Positions 37,634 to 48,128 of a stretch of 64,000 bases of DNA are shown one piece after another; position 1 is the stretch's first letter, and each line of letters begins with the position of its first letter. The DNA comes from an uncultured Desulfatitalea sp. (GTDB lineage Bacteria; Desulfobacterota; Desulfobacteria; Desulfobacterales; Desulfosarcinaceae). Below the pieces are notes generated by a model that saw only the letters and a list, made by a program, of their open reading frames with translations, was not told the origin of the DNA and searched no databases. The DNA is taken from contig CAXXMB010000002.1 of assembly GCA_963668675.2 (NCBI GenBank), positions 1,952,001 to 2,016,000 on the forward strand. Reading direction: 5' to 3'. The translations under genes were made by a program, and so were the position numbers.

Positions 37634-40600
37634 ATGAAAAAATTGCCTGGCCTGCATTCCGGTGCGCCTGCCGGTATGGGATTGTACGATCCGCGATTTG
37701 AGCACGATGCTTGCGGGGTCGGCTTTGTTTGCCGCCTGGACGGATCCGCGTCCCATGAGATTGTCGAGCAGGGGCTACAAATTCTGCTGAACCTGGCCCA
37801 TCGGGGCGCACTGGCCTGCGATGCAGAGACCGGCGATGGCGCCGGCATTATGATTCAGCTTCCGGACCGGTTCTTCCGCAAGGCGTGCAAAGAGGAGGGC
37901 ATCGATCTGCCCCGGCCGGGCCACTACGCCAGTGGTCTGGTTTTTCTTCCCAATGAGAGCGGCCAGCAGGACGTCTGCAAAGAACAGTTCGAAACATTCA
38001 TCCGACAAGAGGGCCAACAGCTGCTGGGCTGGCGCAAGGTGCCGGTGAGACCGGAAGTCCTTGGCCCCCTTTCACGCCACGTGGCGCCCGATATCCACCA
38101 AATCTTTATCGGGCGCGGTGAAAACGCAGCGGATCAGGCCGAATTCGAACGCAAACTCTACGTGATCCGGAGGCTGGTGGAGAACGCGGTGCATGGGGCC
38201 AGCCTGGAACAGAAGAGCGCCTTTCACATTCCCAGCCTCTCCAGCCGCACCTTTATCTACAAAGGTATGTTCGTGGCCGACCAAGTGGGGGGCTTCTTTC
38301 CGGATCTGGGCGATGCGTCCCTGGAGAGCGCCCTTGCCATGGTGCATCAGCGCTACAGTACCAACACCTTTCCCGCTTGGGACCTGGCCCATCCGTTCCG
38401 CTATATCGCCCACAACGGTGAGATCAACACCCTTCGCGGCAATCGCAACTGGATGACCTCCCGCGAGGCGGATATGGCCTCTGAGCGATTCGGCAGCGAC
38501 ATCGAAAAAATCGTGCCCGTGGTGCAGCCCGGCGCCAGCGACTCGGCCAGTCTCGACAGCGTGGTCGAACTGCTCTACCATGCCGGACGATCCCTGCCCC
38601 ACTGCATCATGATGCTGATTCCCGAGGCGTGGCAACACCACGCCACCATGCCCGACGAACGCCGCGCCTTCTACGAGTATCACGCCCACTGCATGGAGCC
38701 ATGGGACGGACCGGCCACCGTGCCGTTCAGCGACGGACGATACATTGGCGCGGTGCTGGACCGCAACGGACTGCGCCCCTCGCGCTACACCGTGACCCAT
38801 GACGGCCTGGTGGTGATGGCGTCCGAAACCGGCGTGCTGGAGATCGCTCCCGAGCGTGTTCTGCGCAAGGGCCGCCTGCAGCCGGGGCGCATGTTCCTGG
38901 CCGACCTGAAAGCGGGAAGGATCATCGAGGACGATGAGATCAAGGCCGAGGTGGCCGGGCGCAAGCCCTACCGCCAGTGGCTCTCCGAAAACCAGCTCAC
39001 CCTGGAGATGTTCCCGCCGGCGCAGGAACACGAACAAGAGGCCACCCTTGAACTGCGACGCCGACACCATCTGTTCGGTTTCACCCGGGAAGACCTGAAA
39101 CAGATCCTGCCGCCCATGATCGAGGACGGCAAGGAGCCGGTCGGGTCCATGGGCGACGATATTCCGCCGGCCATCCTCTCCCGGCGACCGCGACTGCTCT
39201 ACGACTACTTCCGGCAGCTCTTCGCCCAGGTGACCAATCCGCCCTTGGACGCCATCCGCGAAGAGCTGGTGACCTCGCTCAGCACCTATCTGGGCAGCGA
39301 GCAGAACTTGCTGGACGAATCGCCCGCGCATTGCCGCCGCCTCAGACTCGACGGACCGGTGTTAACCAATGCCCAACTGGCGGCGCTGTGCGCGGCTGAG
39401 CTGCCCGGTATTCGCACCGTCCGACTCGACATCTGCTTCCAGGCGATCAACGGGGCCGAGGGGCTGGACCAGGGGATGGACGATCTCTGTCGGTCGGCAG
39501 CCGATGCGGTTCGCGATGGCGCTACGATCCTTGTGCTCTCGGACCGCAACTTCTCGGAAACGATGGCGCCCATCCCCGCGCTGCTGGCCGTGGCCGGGGT
39601 CCATCACCACCTCATCCGCGAAGGGCTGCGCACGCGCTGCGGCCTGGTGGTGGAGAGCGCGGAACCGCGCGAGGTGCACCACTTCTGCTGCCTGATCGGC
39701 TACGGTGCCGGTGCGGTCAACCCTTACCTGGTGTTCGAAACCGCCGGGCAGTTGGTCGCCGATGGAGAGCTGACCCTGGCCGATGCCCAATCAGCGGAAG
39801 ACAATTATATCCACGCCGTTGAAAAGGGACTGCTCAAAGTGATGTCCAAGGTGGGCATCTCGACCCTGCAAAGCTACAAAGGCGCCCAGATCTTCGAGTG
39901 CCTGGGGTTGTCGCCTGCGGTGGTGGATCGCTTCTTCACCGAGACGGCCACGCGCATCGAAGGTGCGAACTTGAAGCGCATTGCCGCCGAAACCCTGTCG
40001 CGGCACGAACGCGTGTTCAAGCAGTGGGAGAGCCCGGCCACCCGGTCGCTACCGTCGGGCGGCAAGTACAAATGGCGCCGGGATGGTGAAATCCACCAGT
40101 ACAATCCGATCATGCTGGCCCGCTTCCGGCAGGCCGTGTTCGAAGAAGATTGGGAGAAGTGGCAGGCCTATTCGAGTGTGGTGGACGAACAGAACCGCAC
40201 CGAAGGATTGCTGCGCGGTCTGATCTCTTTTACGTCCGACCGGCCGCCGGTCCCCCTGGAGGAGGTGGAGCCGTGGACCGAAATCGTCAAGCGTTTCAAG
40301 ACCGGCGCCATGTCCTACGGATCGATTAGTAAAGAGGCGCATGAGGCGTTGGCAATTGCCATGAACCGCATCGGCGGTCGCAGCAACAGCGGTGAAGGCG
40401 GAGAAGATGCGGACCGATTTACACCGGATGAGAACGGAGACTGGCGCAACAGCGCCATCAAACAGATCGCTTCGGGCCGCTTCGGCGTCACCGGTGATTA
40501 TCTGGTCAGCGCCAGCGAACTGCAGATCAAGATGGCCCAGGGGGCCAAACCGGGCGAGGGTGGGCAGTTGCCCGGTTTCAAAGTCTACCCATGGATCGCC

Positions 40601-42178
40601 AAGACCCGCCACAGCACGCCATATGTGGGGTTGATCTCGCCACCGCCGCACCACGACATCTACTCGATCGAAGACCTCTCCCAATTGATCTACGACCTGA
40701 AGCGCTCCAACCGGCGCGCCAGGATCAGCGTCAAACTGGTCTCGACAGTGGGGGTGGGGACCATTGCGGCCGGTGTGGTCAAGGGCGGGGCCGACTGCGT
40801 CCTGATCAGCGGCGATACGGGCGGTACGGGCGCTTCACCCCAGGGATCGATCCGTTATGCCGGGACACCATGGGAACTGGGCCTGCCCGAAGCACACCAG
40901 ACCCTTGTGATCAACGGCCTGCGTGATCGCATGGTGCTCGAATGCGACGGCCAGCTCAAGACCGGCCGCGACGTGGCCGTGGCCTGCCTGCTGGGGGCCG
41001 AGGAGTTCGGCTTCGGAACCCTCTCCCTGGTAGCCCTGGGCTGCGTCATGATGCGCGTCTGCCATCTGAACACCTGCCCGGTGGGCATCGCCACCCAGGA
41101 CCCCGAGCTGCGCAAGAAGTTCGCCGGCCGCCCCGAACATGTGGTCAACATGATGCGCTTCATGGCCGAAGAGCTGCGCCACATCATGGCCGAGTCGGGT
41201 TTCCGGCGTGTGGCCGAAATGGTCGGCCGAACCGACCTGCTCGACTTTTCTCCGGCCGTCGACCACTGGAAGGCCCAGGGTGTGGACCTGTCCGATCTGC
41301 TGCGCCGTGTCAAGACGCCGGTACACGTCATGGATCATTGCGGTGAGATCGAGGAGCAGCCGGGAGAAGAGCTACTGGAAGAGGAGGTCCGCGCCCAGGC
41401 GGCCGCTGTCTTCGACCAACGCCAGCCGGTCGCCGTCGATGTGGCCCTGCGCAACATCCACCGCACGTTCGGCACGCGCATCAGCAGTGAAATCTGCGAA
41501 CGTTTCGGCGAGGCTGGACTGCCCGACGACACCTTGACCCTGAAGTGTCGCGGATCGGCCGGCCAGAGCTTTTTCGCCTTTGCCGCCAAAGGCATGACCG
41601 CCATCATCGAGGGCGATGCCAACGATTACTTTGGCAAGGGGCTGTCCGGCGCCAAGATCGTGATCCGCCCACCCCGCGAAGCGACCTTTGCTGCCGAAGA
41701 AAATGTGATCATCGGCAACGTGGCCTTATACGGCGCCACCAGCGGGGAGGCCTATATCCGCGGGACCTGCGGCGAGCGCTTCGGCGTGCGCAACAGCGGG
41801 GTGCATGCCGTGGTGGAGGGCACCGGCGACCACGCCTGCGAATACATGACCGGCGGCCGGGTGGTGATCCTCGGGCGCACCGGCCGAAACATGGCGGCCG
41901 GTATGAGTGGCGGCATCGCATACGTATTGGACGAGCAGGGCGACTTCGGCAGGGAGCGCTGCAACCGGGAGATGGTCGATCTGGATGCCGTGGAGACGGA
42001 AGCGGATCGCAGCGAACTAAAGACCATGATTCAAAAACATTACGACCACACCCAAAGCCCGGTGGCCAAGCGCATTCTCGATCAGTGGGAAGAAATACTA
42101 CCTAAATTTATCAAGATCATGCCGACCGACTATAAGCGCGCATTGGCCGGAGAGGCAGGGCCTGGCGGCAAGGAGTAA
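37634..42178 (+). CDS. gltB: Glutamate synthase large subunit
   Basis: EHDACGVGF, HNGEINT, KMAQGAKPGEGGQLPG, CHLNTCPVG. Confidence 0.98.
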   Translation: MKKLPGLHSGAPAGMGLYDPRFEHDACGVGFVCRLDGSASHEIVEQGLQILLNLAHRGALACDAETGDGAGIMIQLPDRFFRKACKEEGIDLPRPGHYASGLVFLPNESGQQDVCKEQFETFIRQEGQQLLGWRKVPVRPEVLGPLSRHVAPDIHQIFIGRGENAADQAEFERKLYVIRRLVENAVHGASLEQKSAFHIPSLSSRTFIYKGMFVADQVGGFFPDLGDASLESALAMVHQRYSTNTFPAWDLAHPFRYIAHNGEINTLRGNRNWMTSREADMASERFGSDIEKIVPVVQPGASDSASLDSVVELLYHAGRSLPHCIMMLIPEAWQHHATMPDERRAFYEYHAHCMEPWDGPATVPFSDGRYIGAVLDRNGLRPSRYTVTHDGLVVMASETGVLEIAPERVLRKGRLQPGRMFLADLKAGRIIEDDEIKAEVAGRKPYRQWLSENQLTLEMFPPAQEHEQEATLELRRRHHLFGFTREDLKQILPPMIEDGKEPVGSMGDDIPPAILSRRPRLLYDYFRQLFAQVTNPPLDAIREELVTSLSTYLGSEQNLLDESPAHCRRLRLDGPVLTNAQLAALCAAELPGIRTVRLDICFQAINGAEGLDQGMDDLCRSAADAVRDGATILVLSDRNFSETMAPIPALLAVAGVHHHLIREGLRTRCGLVVESAEPREVHHFCCLIGYGAGAVNPYLVFETAGQLVADGELTLADAQSAEDNYIHAVEKGLLKVMSKVGISTLQSYKGAQIFECLGLSPAVVDRFFTETATRIEGANLKRIAAETLSRHERVFKQWESPATRSLPSGGKYKWRRDGEIHQYNPIMLARFRQAVFEEDWEKWQAYSSVVDEQNRTEGLLRGLISFTSDRPPVPLEEVEPWTEIVKRFKTGAMSYGSISKEAHEALAIAMNRIGGRSNSGEGGEDADRFTPDENGDWRNSAIKQIASGRFGVTGDYLVSASELQIKMAQGAKPGEGGQLPGFKVYPWIAKTRHSTPYVGLISPPPHHDIYSIEDLSQLIYDLKRSNRRARISVKLVSTVGVGTIAAGVVKGGADCVLISGDTGGTGASPQGSIRYAGTPWELGLPEAHQTLVINGLRDRMVLECDGQLKTGRDVAVACLLGAEEFGFGTLSLVALGCVMMRVCHLNTCPVGIATQDPELRKKFAGRPEHVVNMMRFMAEELRHIMAESGFRRVAEMVGRTDLLDFSPAVDHWKAQGVDLSDLLRRVKTPVHVMDHCGEIEEQPGEELLEEEVRAQAAAVFDQRQPVAVDVALRNIHRTFGTRISSEICERFGEAGLPDDTLTLKCRGSAGQSFFAFAAKGMTAIIEGDANDYFGKGLSGAKIVIRPPREATFAAEENVIIGNVALYGATSGEAYIRGTCGERFGVRNSGVHAVVEGTGDHACEYMTGGRVVILGRTGRNMAAGMSGGIAYVLDEQGDFGRERCNREMVDLDAVETEADRSELKTMIQKHYDHTQSPVAKRILDQWEEILPKFIKIMPTDYKRALAGEAGPGGKE

Positions 42179-42252
42179 TAGAATCGAAATCACTCCTTCA
42201 CTTTACACTTTACACCCAATGTCATTAGCGTAAGGCTCTTCAGCTACCGATC

Positions 42253-42347
42253 CGGGCGGGCATAAAGCCCGCCCCTACACGGTTCGTGTAGGGTAACAGA
42301 AGGTGTTTCTACTCAAACGTCGTAGGGGCGGGCTTTATGCCCGCCCG
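42253..42347. repeat. Inverted pair of GTAG-type REP sequences (REPIN-like)
   Basis: Perfect 26-bp inverted repeat GTAGGGGCGGGCTTTATGCCCGCCCG at 42253-42278 and 42322-42347. Confidence 0.85.
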
Positions 42348-42478
42348 TTACATCCGCTTCAGTTGATGACATTGACTTTACACTTAAAACCGGCTTCTTT
42401 AAGGCTGAGAGCACGAAGGCCGTTAGCCTGAGCTTTTATTTGGTAAATCGTTCCGAATGTTAATAAAGAGAGTTGAAA

Positions 42479-43951
42479 ATGGGAAAACCGACCGGATTCA
42501 AGGAGTTTGATCGCGAGCTGCCCAAGCGGCGGCCGGCAGAGGTACGCATCGGCGACTATCGGGAGATATACGAACCCTTCCCCCGGGAGAGACTCACCGA
42601 ACAAGCTGCACGCTGCATGGATTGCGGCGTGCCGACGTGCATCTCGGGCTGCCCGCTGGGCAACCTGATTCCCGAGTGGAACGATGCCGTTTACCGGGGG
42701 CTCTGGAAAGAGGCCATCGAACGGCTGTCGGCCACCAACAACTTCCCCGAGTTTACCGGCCGCCTCTGCCCGGCACCTTGCGAAGAGGCGTGCGTGCTCT
42801 CGATCAACGAACCGGCGGTCACCATCGAACAGATCGAAAAAGAGATTATCGAGCACGCCTTTGCCCAGGGCTGGATCCAACCCCAGCCGCCCAAACGGCG
42901 CACCGGCAAAACGGTGGCTGTCGTCGGTTCGGGCCCCTCGGGGCTGGCCTGCGCCCAGCAGCTCAACCGGGCCGGTCACCGGGTGACGGTCTTCGAGCGC
43001 AACGACCGCATCGGCGGCCTGCTGCGCTACGGCATTCCCGACTTCAAGATGGAGAAGCACATCATCGACCGGCGGTTGGATATCATGACGGCGGAGGGGA
43101 TCGAATTCCGGGTCAATGCCACCGTTGGGGTGAACCCGACGGTGGACGACCTCAACGCCTTCGATGGCGTTGTCTTATGCCTGGGGTCCACGGTCCCGCG
43201 CGACCTGCCCCTACCCGGCAGGGAGTTGGAGGGCATCCACTTTGCTATGGATTTTCTCTCCCGGCAGAATCGCATCAATGCGGGTGACGATCTGGCCGCG
43301 CTCGGCATCGAAGCGATCAGTGCCGAAGGGAAGGATGTGGTTGTCATTGGCGGCGGGGACACGGGCAGCGACTGTATCGGCACCTCCCTGCGGCAGGGTG
43401 CCCGTTCGGTGACCAATTTCGAAGCCGTGGCCCAACCCACCCCGGATCGCCCCGGACACCAGCCCTGGCCCTACTACCCGATGCGGCTGCGCACCAGCAG
43501 CTCCCATGAGGAGGGCGGCGAGCGCCACTGGAGCGTGCTGACCAAGGCGTTCGTGGGGATCGATGGTCAGCTCAAGGAGTTGATGACCGTGGATATCAAC
43601 ATGCATCCCCAGCCGAACGGCCCACCGACGATCGAGGAGATTCCCGGCACCGAACGCCAATGGGCGGCCGACATGGTGCTGATCGCCATCGGTTACAGCG
43701 GTCCGGAAGCCCATCCCCTGGCCGACCAACTTGGCCTTAAAACCGATCCGGGCGGAACCATCGCCACCAACGGCCGCTACATGACCGATGTGCCGGGCAT
43801 CTTTTCGGCGGGCGATGCCAACCGCGGGCAATCGCTCATCGTTTGGGCCATATCGGAGGGCCGGGAGGCGGCCCGGGAAGTAGATATCTATCTGATGGGT
43901 GACAGCAGCCTGCCCGCCAAGGGGTGCTGCGACATCCCGTTGATTCGATAG
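42479..43951 (+). CDS. gltD: Glutamate synthase small subunit
   Basis: MGKPTGF, RCMDCGVP.C, GSGPSGL, GGGDTGSDC, GQSLIVWAI. Confidence 0.97.
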   Translation: MGKPTGFKEFDRELPKRRPAEVRIGDYREIYEPFPRERLTEQAARCMDCGVPTCISGCPLGNLIPEWNDAVYRGLWKEAIERLSATNNFPEFTGRLCPAPCEEACVLSINEPAVTIEQIEKEIIEHAFAQGWIQPQPPKRRTGKTVAVVGSGPSGLACAQQLNRAGHRVTVFERNDRIGGLLRYGIPDFKMEKHIIDRRLDIMTAEGIEFRVNATVGVNPTVDDLNAFDGVVLCLGSTVPRDLPLPGRELEGIHFAMDFLSRQNRINAGDDLAALGIEAISAEGKDVVVIGGGDTGSDCIGTSLRQGARSVTNFEAVAQPTPDRPGHQPWPYYPMRLRTSSSHEEGGERHWSVLTKAFVGIDGQLKELMTVDINMHPQPNGPPTIEEIPGTERQWAADMVLIAIGYSGPEAHPLADQLGLKTDPGGTIATNGRYMTDVPGIFSAGDANRGQSLIVWAISEGREAAREVDIYLMGDSSLPAKGCCDIPLIR

Positions 43952-43961
43952 CGGTATCCGA

Positions 43962-44417
43962 TTACGCGTTCTTGATGGCAACGTCGATGGCAAAGGTGCC
44001 CTTGTCGGTTTGACACGGAATCGAGATGATGGGAACGCCCTTAGGGAAGGCGATGGAGTGCATGCCCATTACGACGCTGGGCACGGAGATGGTCGTATTG
44101 GTCTCGGGAAAATTCTTCTTTGCATCACCTGCCACCATATTGGCAATTTCGCCGATGGCATCGGTGCAGTCCTCATTCATCTTTTCCATCTTCTCTCCCA
44201 GCAGCTCGGAGGCCAGCTCCAGGGCAATGACTTCGGGGAAACTGACCACGACGCAACCGGTCACCTCGCCGCTGATGCCGATGATGCCGCTGATCTCGAA
44301 AGAAGAGGTGTGATCCTTCTTCAAGGTGGGTTTGCCGAGGGTGTACGGCACATTGATCATGGTTTCGAAGACGTTCTGCACGGCAGAGAGAAACGGGTTG
44401 ATGTATCGGATATCCAT
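43962..44417 (-). CDS. cheX: Chemotaxis phosphatase CheX
   Basis: MDIRYINPFL, ISGIIGISG, DAIGEIANMVAG, ISVPSVV. Confidence 0.92.
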   Translation of the reverse strand: MDIRYINPFLSAVQNVFETMINVPYTLGKPTLKKDHTSSFEISGIIGISGEVTGCVVVSFPEVIALELASELLGEKMEKMNEDCTDAIGEIANMVAGDAKKNFPETNTTISVPSVVMGMHSIAFPKGVPIISIPCQTDKGTFAIDVAIKNA

Positions 44418-44493
44418 CACGCTCACCTTTCCTGGGTTCTTTTTGCGAAATAGCCTGCCGCGCAGGCGCAACGCCTGCCCAACACACAGGCAA

Positions 44494-44982
44494 CTATCGG
44501 GCGCAACACTTCTTATACTTCTTGCCGCTGCCACAGGGGCACGGGTCGTTGCGGCCCACCTTGGGCCCCTGCCGGACGAACTGCACCGTTTTGGGTGCCT
44601 TGCCATCCACGAAGTACCAGCGCCCCTCCCGCTTGGCAAATTCGGCCACTTCCTGATGGTCGTAACGCTTGCCCTTCTGGCGATAGTGCGCGATGAACTC
44701 GACACTCCCCTTCTCATCTTCGGGGCCGCCGGCCTGGGTATCGACGATCTCCAGCCCCAGCCACTCCGATGTTTGGGACCACTCCAGCACCTGCTCCAGA
44801 TTGACGCCAGCGCGCTGCCTGGGGTGGGTCGTATCGTGAACATAGTCGACGGCGGCTTTGACGTGGGCCGTGTATCGTGAGCGCATCATCGCCTCGGCCG
44901 TCTGCGCTGGTTCTCCCTCTTCGATCAATGGCCGGCAGCACGCCTCATAGGTTTGGCCGCTGCCGCAGGGGCAAGGTTCCAT
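44494..44982 (-). CDS. YchJ family SEC-C motif protein
   Basis: [34 protein letters not shown]. Confidence 0.92.
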   Translation of the reverse strand: MEPCPCGSGQTYEACCRPLIEEGEPAQTAEAMMRSRYTAHVKAAVDYVHDTTHPRQRAGVNLEQVLEWSQTSEWLGLEIVDTQAGGPEDEKGSVEFIAHYRQKGKRYDHQEVAEFAKREGRWYFVDGKAPKTVQFVRQGPKVGRNDPCPCGSGKKYKKCCAR

Positions 44983-45196
44983 TTCTCAACTCCTCGGTTC
45001 CGGATCTTAAACGCCCGTGGGCGATGGTCGTGTTCTATGTTGTCGCCTTATGACCCGGCCCGCCGCTCTCCGGATCTTTCGTTTTAAGGTTTTCCTACCA
45101 CATACCCTAGTTGATCACCTTCTCACAAGTACCGTTTGGTCAGATCGATGGAAATATCCTTCCCAGGCCCTATCGTTTACCCACGGCCCAAACAGC

Positions 45197-45913
45197 TCAA
45201 TCGGACAGGTAATACTCGATGGTGGAGACAACCCTTACCCGTTTGATATGGGGGTTGTTTTTGTCCCGGTTGCCGATGGAGAACTGCCCCTGCCTGGCTC
45301 TTTTGATTTTGCCCAATTTGCTGTTGGAGTCCTTGGCAAATTTGGCGGCGACCTCCCTGGCCTTGGTGGTGGCCTCTTCGATCATGGCGGGCTTCACTTC
45401 GTTGAGCCGCGTAAAGAGATATTCGGTACTGTTCTGGTATTGGTTGTCGGAAATGGCGATGCCTTGCTTGCCCAACTCGCCCAAACCGTTCATCGCTGCC
45501 CGTACCGCGTCGATTTTGGGCGTGTAGACCGTCACGGTCTGGGTCGCCATGTAGCGAAATTCGATCCGCGCCTTCTCATACCCCTGGGCCAGCTTATCGC
45601 CGATGCCGGGCGGTGAGACGGTCAACTCCTGTTGCTCGAATCCATTGGCTTTCAGGAAATCAACCACGGTTTGGGTCTTCTTCTCCGTAGAGAGGTAGAG
45701 TTCGGTCAGATCGTTACCGGCTTCTATAAACGTAATCGGCCAGATGGCGATATCGGCCGGGTACTCCCTCTCCGAGAGCCCTTTTACCGTAACGGTGCGC
45801 TCGTACTCTTTGAACTTGATCGCACTGATACCCAGCAAATGGCCCAACAGCACCAAACCCAAAAAGAGAAACAGGCCCAATGTAAAAGCGCCCTTGAAGT
45901 TGCTCTGCTGCAT
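45197..45913 (-). CDS. SIMPL (DUF541) domain protein
   Basis: RTVTVKGLSERE, KPAMIEEAT..AR..A.KFA.DS, QGQFSI, VRVVST. Confidence 0.88.
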   Translation of the reverse strand: MQQSNFKGAFTLGLFLFLGLVLLGHLLGISAIKFKEYERTVTVKGLSEREYPADIAIWPITFIEAGNDLTELYLSTEKKTQTVVDFLKANGFEQQELTVSPPGIGDKLAQGYEKARIEFRYMATQTVTVYTPKIDAVRAAMNGLGELGKQGIAISDNQYQNSTEYLFTRLNEVKPAMIEEATTKAREVAAKFAKDSNSKLGKIKRARQGQFSIGNRDKNNPHIKRVRVVSTIEYYLSD

Positions 45914-45959
45914 CGACACCTCCTTGTTTGCAGGATGATCGTCAGGCCGCCTCACCATT

Positions 45960-46067
45960 TCCCTCCTTTCTCAAAGGGGGGACAGGGGGGTGGGGGGATT
46001 TCCGTTTTTGTTGCGTGCCTCTATCGAACTAAAAATCCCACAGAATCCCCCTCTTTAAAAGGGAGAG
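45960..46067. repeat. G/C-tract palindromic intergenic repeat
   Basis: TCCCTCCTTT-CTC-AAAGGGGGGA...AATCCCCCTCTTTAAAAGGGAGAG, similar in layout to 37304-37411. Confidence 0.5.
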
Positions 46068-46110
46068 TCATTGGCTTTGACCATCCGTCCATCTGGTACG
46101 CAGCGTCGGT

Positions 46111-46839
46111 TCAATCATTGCAGAGATGTAACATCCTCCCCCTTACCAAATCAGATATCTCCTTCACCGGCAATGCCTTTATCTCCTCGTACGCAATGGG
46201 TTGGCCAAAGCGCAGAATCATCCGTCCAGGGCGGATCATTAGACTGCCTTTGCGCTTGATCTCATATGCGCCGATCATCACGAGCGGCACGATGTCCACC
46301 CCGGCCCTTTTGGCCAGTGTGAAGGCGCCGGGCTTAAACGGCTGGAACTTGCCGTCCAGGGTGCGGCCGCCCTCGGGCAGAATCAAAATCGAGGTGCCCG
46401 TCGCGATTGCCCGTTCGGCCACCTTGAGGCTCTTCAGGGCACTGCGGGCATTTGTCTGACTGATGGGGATCATACCCAAGCGACGAATGATCCGGCCGTA
46501 GAAGAACCAATCGAAATGCTCGTCCAACTCGATCCCACGGAAGTAATTGGGAATGAAACCGTACAGGACAAACACATCGAAGATGTTAACATGGTTGCAA
46601 ATAAAAAGAGAAGCGCGGTCATGCTTGAAATGGTCACGCCCCTCTACCGAAATACGGACAAAAAGAGCGGCCATGATGGCACGGCAGCCCAACTTGATAA
46701 ACCGATCGAAGCGTCGCGGATGCACCAGCCTGCCGGAAAGAAGCACCATCACCCCCACCGGCACGAAGGCGCACAGACCGGTGGTCCATGCCAATGCGGA
46801 GATCATCATCTCCTTGCAACGGTGCCATCTCTCTGTCAT
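46111..46839 (-). CDS. Lysophospholipid acyltransferase (PlsC family)
   Basis: NHVNIFD, LPEGGRT, FKPGAF. Confidence 0.9.
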   Translation of the reverse strand: MTERWHRCKEMMISALAWTTGLCAFVPVGVMVLLSGRLVHPRRFDRFIKLGCRAIMAALFVRISVEGRDHFKHDRASLFICNHVNIFDVFVLYGFIPNYFRGIELDEHFDWFFYGRIIRRLGMIPISQTNARSALKSLKVAERAIATGTSILILPEGGRTLDGKFQPFKPGAFTLAKRAGVDIVPLVMIGAYEIKRKGSLMIRPGRMILRFGQPIAYEEIKALPVKEISDLVRGRMLHLCND

Positions 46840-47723
46840 GAGTCGAACACGCGCACTTTTCCGGGCAGGACTGAAACCGTGATCGGGGTCGCCCCGGCGA
46901 TCTCCCCGTCGGGGGTCAGCGCCTTAGGCAGGGCGGGTTGAAAACGCATCCGTCGGCCGGAAAATGTTTCAACCTCCTGCAGTTTCAGGTGTTTGCCGCG
47001 AAAAATACTGGGCAGGGCCGCCAGAAGGCGCACCCGCGATATCCGGTTGAGCAGCACCACATCCATGAGGCCGTCATCTATCCTGGCGTGCGGTGCCATG
47101 ATCATATCCCCTCCGGTTCTAGTGGAGTTGCAGATCTCCACGAAGACGGCATCGCGCCGGAACCGCCCTGCATCGATCTCGAAGTCGAGACGGCAGGTGG
47201 CCAGCCGCATCGTTTCGAGAAAGACGCCGATGAGGTAACTCAAATCGCCCCAACGCTTGTATCTTGCGGCCCTTCGAACCACATCAGAGACAAATCCGAA
47301 TCCGAGAATGTTGATAAAAAAAATCGTCTGGTCATCACAGTCACATTGCCCCAGATCGACGGCCCGGGTTTTACCGGCAACGATCTTGCGGATGGCATCG
47401 TCACGGTTCGCGATAGCCAGGTCACGGACAAAGGAGTTGCCCGATCCAACCGGAATGATGCCCAGAGGGATCGGCAGATCCGGGTTGCCCCGCATCATCC
47501 CGTTGATCACCTCGAAAACGGTTCCGTCGCCGCCAAGCGCCACGATACCGTCCCAGCCGTTGTTGACCTCCGTTGCTGCAATGGTGGAAAGATGGCGGAT
47601 GTGCCGGGAGCAGCCGATCTCGACATCTATGCCCCGAGCGTTTAAAATGCCCTGCGTCTCGCGGGCGATCGTTTCACCCTGCTTTCGGCCAGCCAGAGGA
47701 TTGACAAGCATGAGTAGTTTCAT
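46836..47723 (-). CDS. Diacylglycerol/lipid kinase family protein
   Basis: NPLAG, GGDGTVFEVING, PVGSGNSF, DGE. Confidence 0.92.
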   Translation of the reverse strand: MKLLMLVNPLAGRKQGETIARETQGILNARGIDVEIGCSRHIRHLSTIAATEVNNGWDGIVALGGDGTVFEVINGMMRGNPDLPIPLGIIPVGSGNSFVRDLAIANRDDAIRKIVAGKTRAVDLGQCDCDDQTIFFINILGFGFVSDVVRRAARYKRWGDLSYLIGVFLETMRLATCRLDFEIDAGRFRRDAVFVEICNSTRTGGDMIMAPHARIDDGLMDVVLLNRISRVRLLAALPSIFRGKHLKLQEVETFSGRRMRFQPALPKALTPDGEIAGATPITVSVLPGKVRVFDS

Positions 47724-47880
47724 AGCAATGCAGATTCAGCGCTTGGCCGGTGAAAGGTCAAAACCGATATTTTCCTCTATCATCAAGCTGTTTGACGCCC
47801 TGAAACAGCGGACATCTCCATAAATCCAGCAGCTTAAGCCATTTCCGGACAAATTGCAAGGCAGATAAAGTCGAAGAAGC

Positions 47881-48126
47881 TTACTCGATCGGTGTGTTGC
47901 ACTTGGGGCATTGGGTGCCGAATTTGCTGATCTGTCCTTCCCAATCACAATGGCGGCACACGAAGTAGACGGTGTTCTGCAGATTGGTTCTCTTCTTGGA
48001 GAGCAGTTTGCGGGCAACTTTGACGGCAATGTAGAGTACTACGAACATCACCGTATATTGAAGCAGTTGGCGCAGCGTTATATCTCCCCAGACAATCATA
48101 TCCCATCCCAGCTCGACGCTCATCAC
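47881..48126 (-). CDS. Small membrane protein with C-terminal Zn ribbon
   Basis: One TM helix, CRHC...CPKC; directly downstream of thiM. Confidence 0.7.
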   Translation of the reverse strand: MMSVELGWDMIVWGDITLRQLLQYTVMFVVLYIAVKVARKLLSKKRTNLQNTVYFVCRHCDWEGQISKFGTQCPKCNTPIE

Positions 48127-48128
48127 TG

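Noticed and set aside
43962..44843. CheX with a long N-terminal extension
   Set aside because: The extension overlaps the ychJ gene in another frame; the natural start is MDIRYINPF at 44417.
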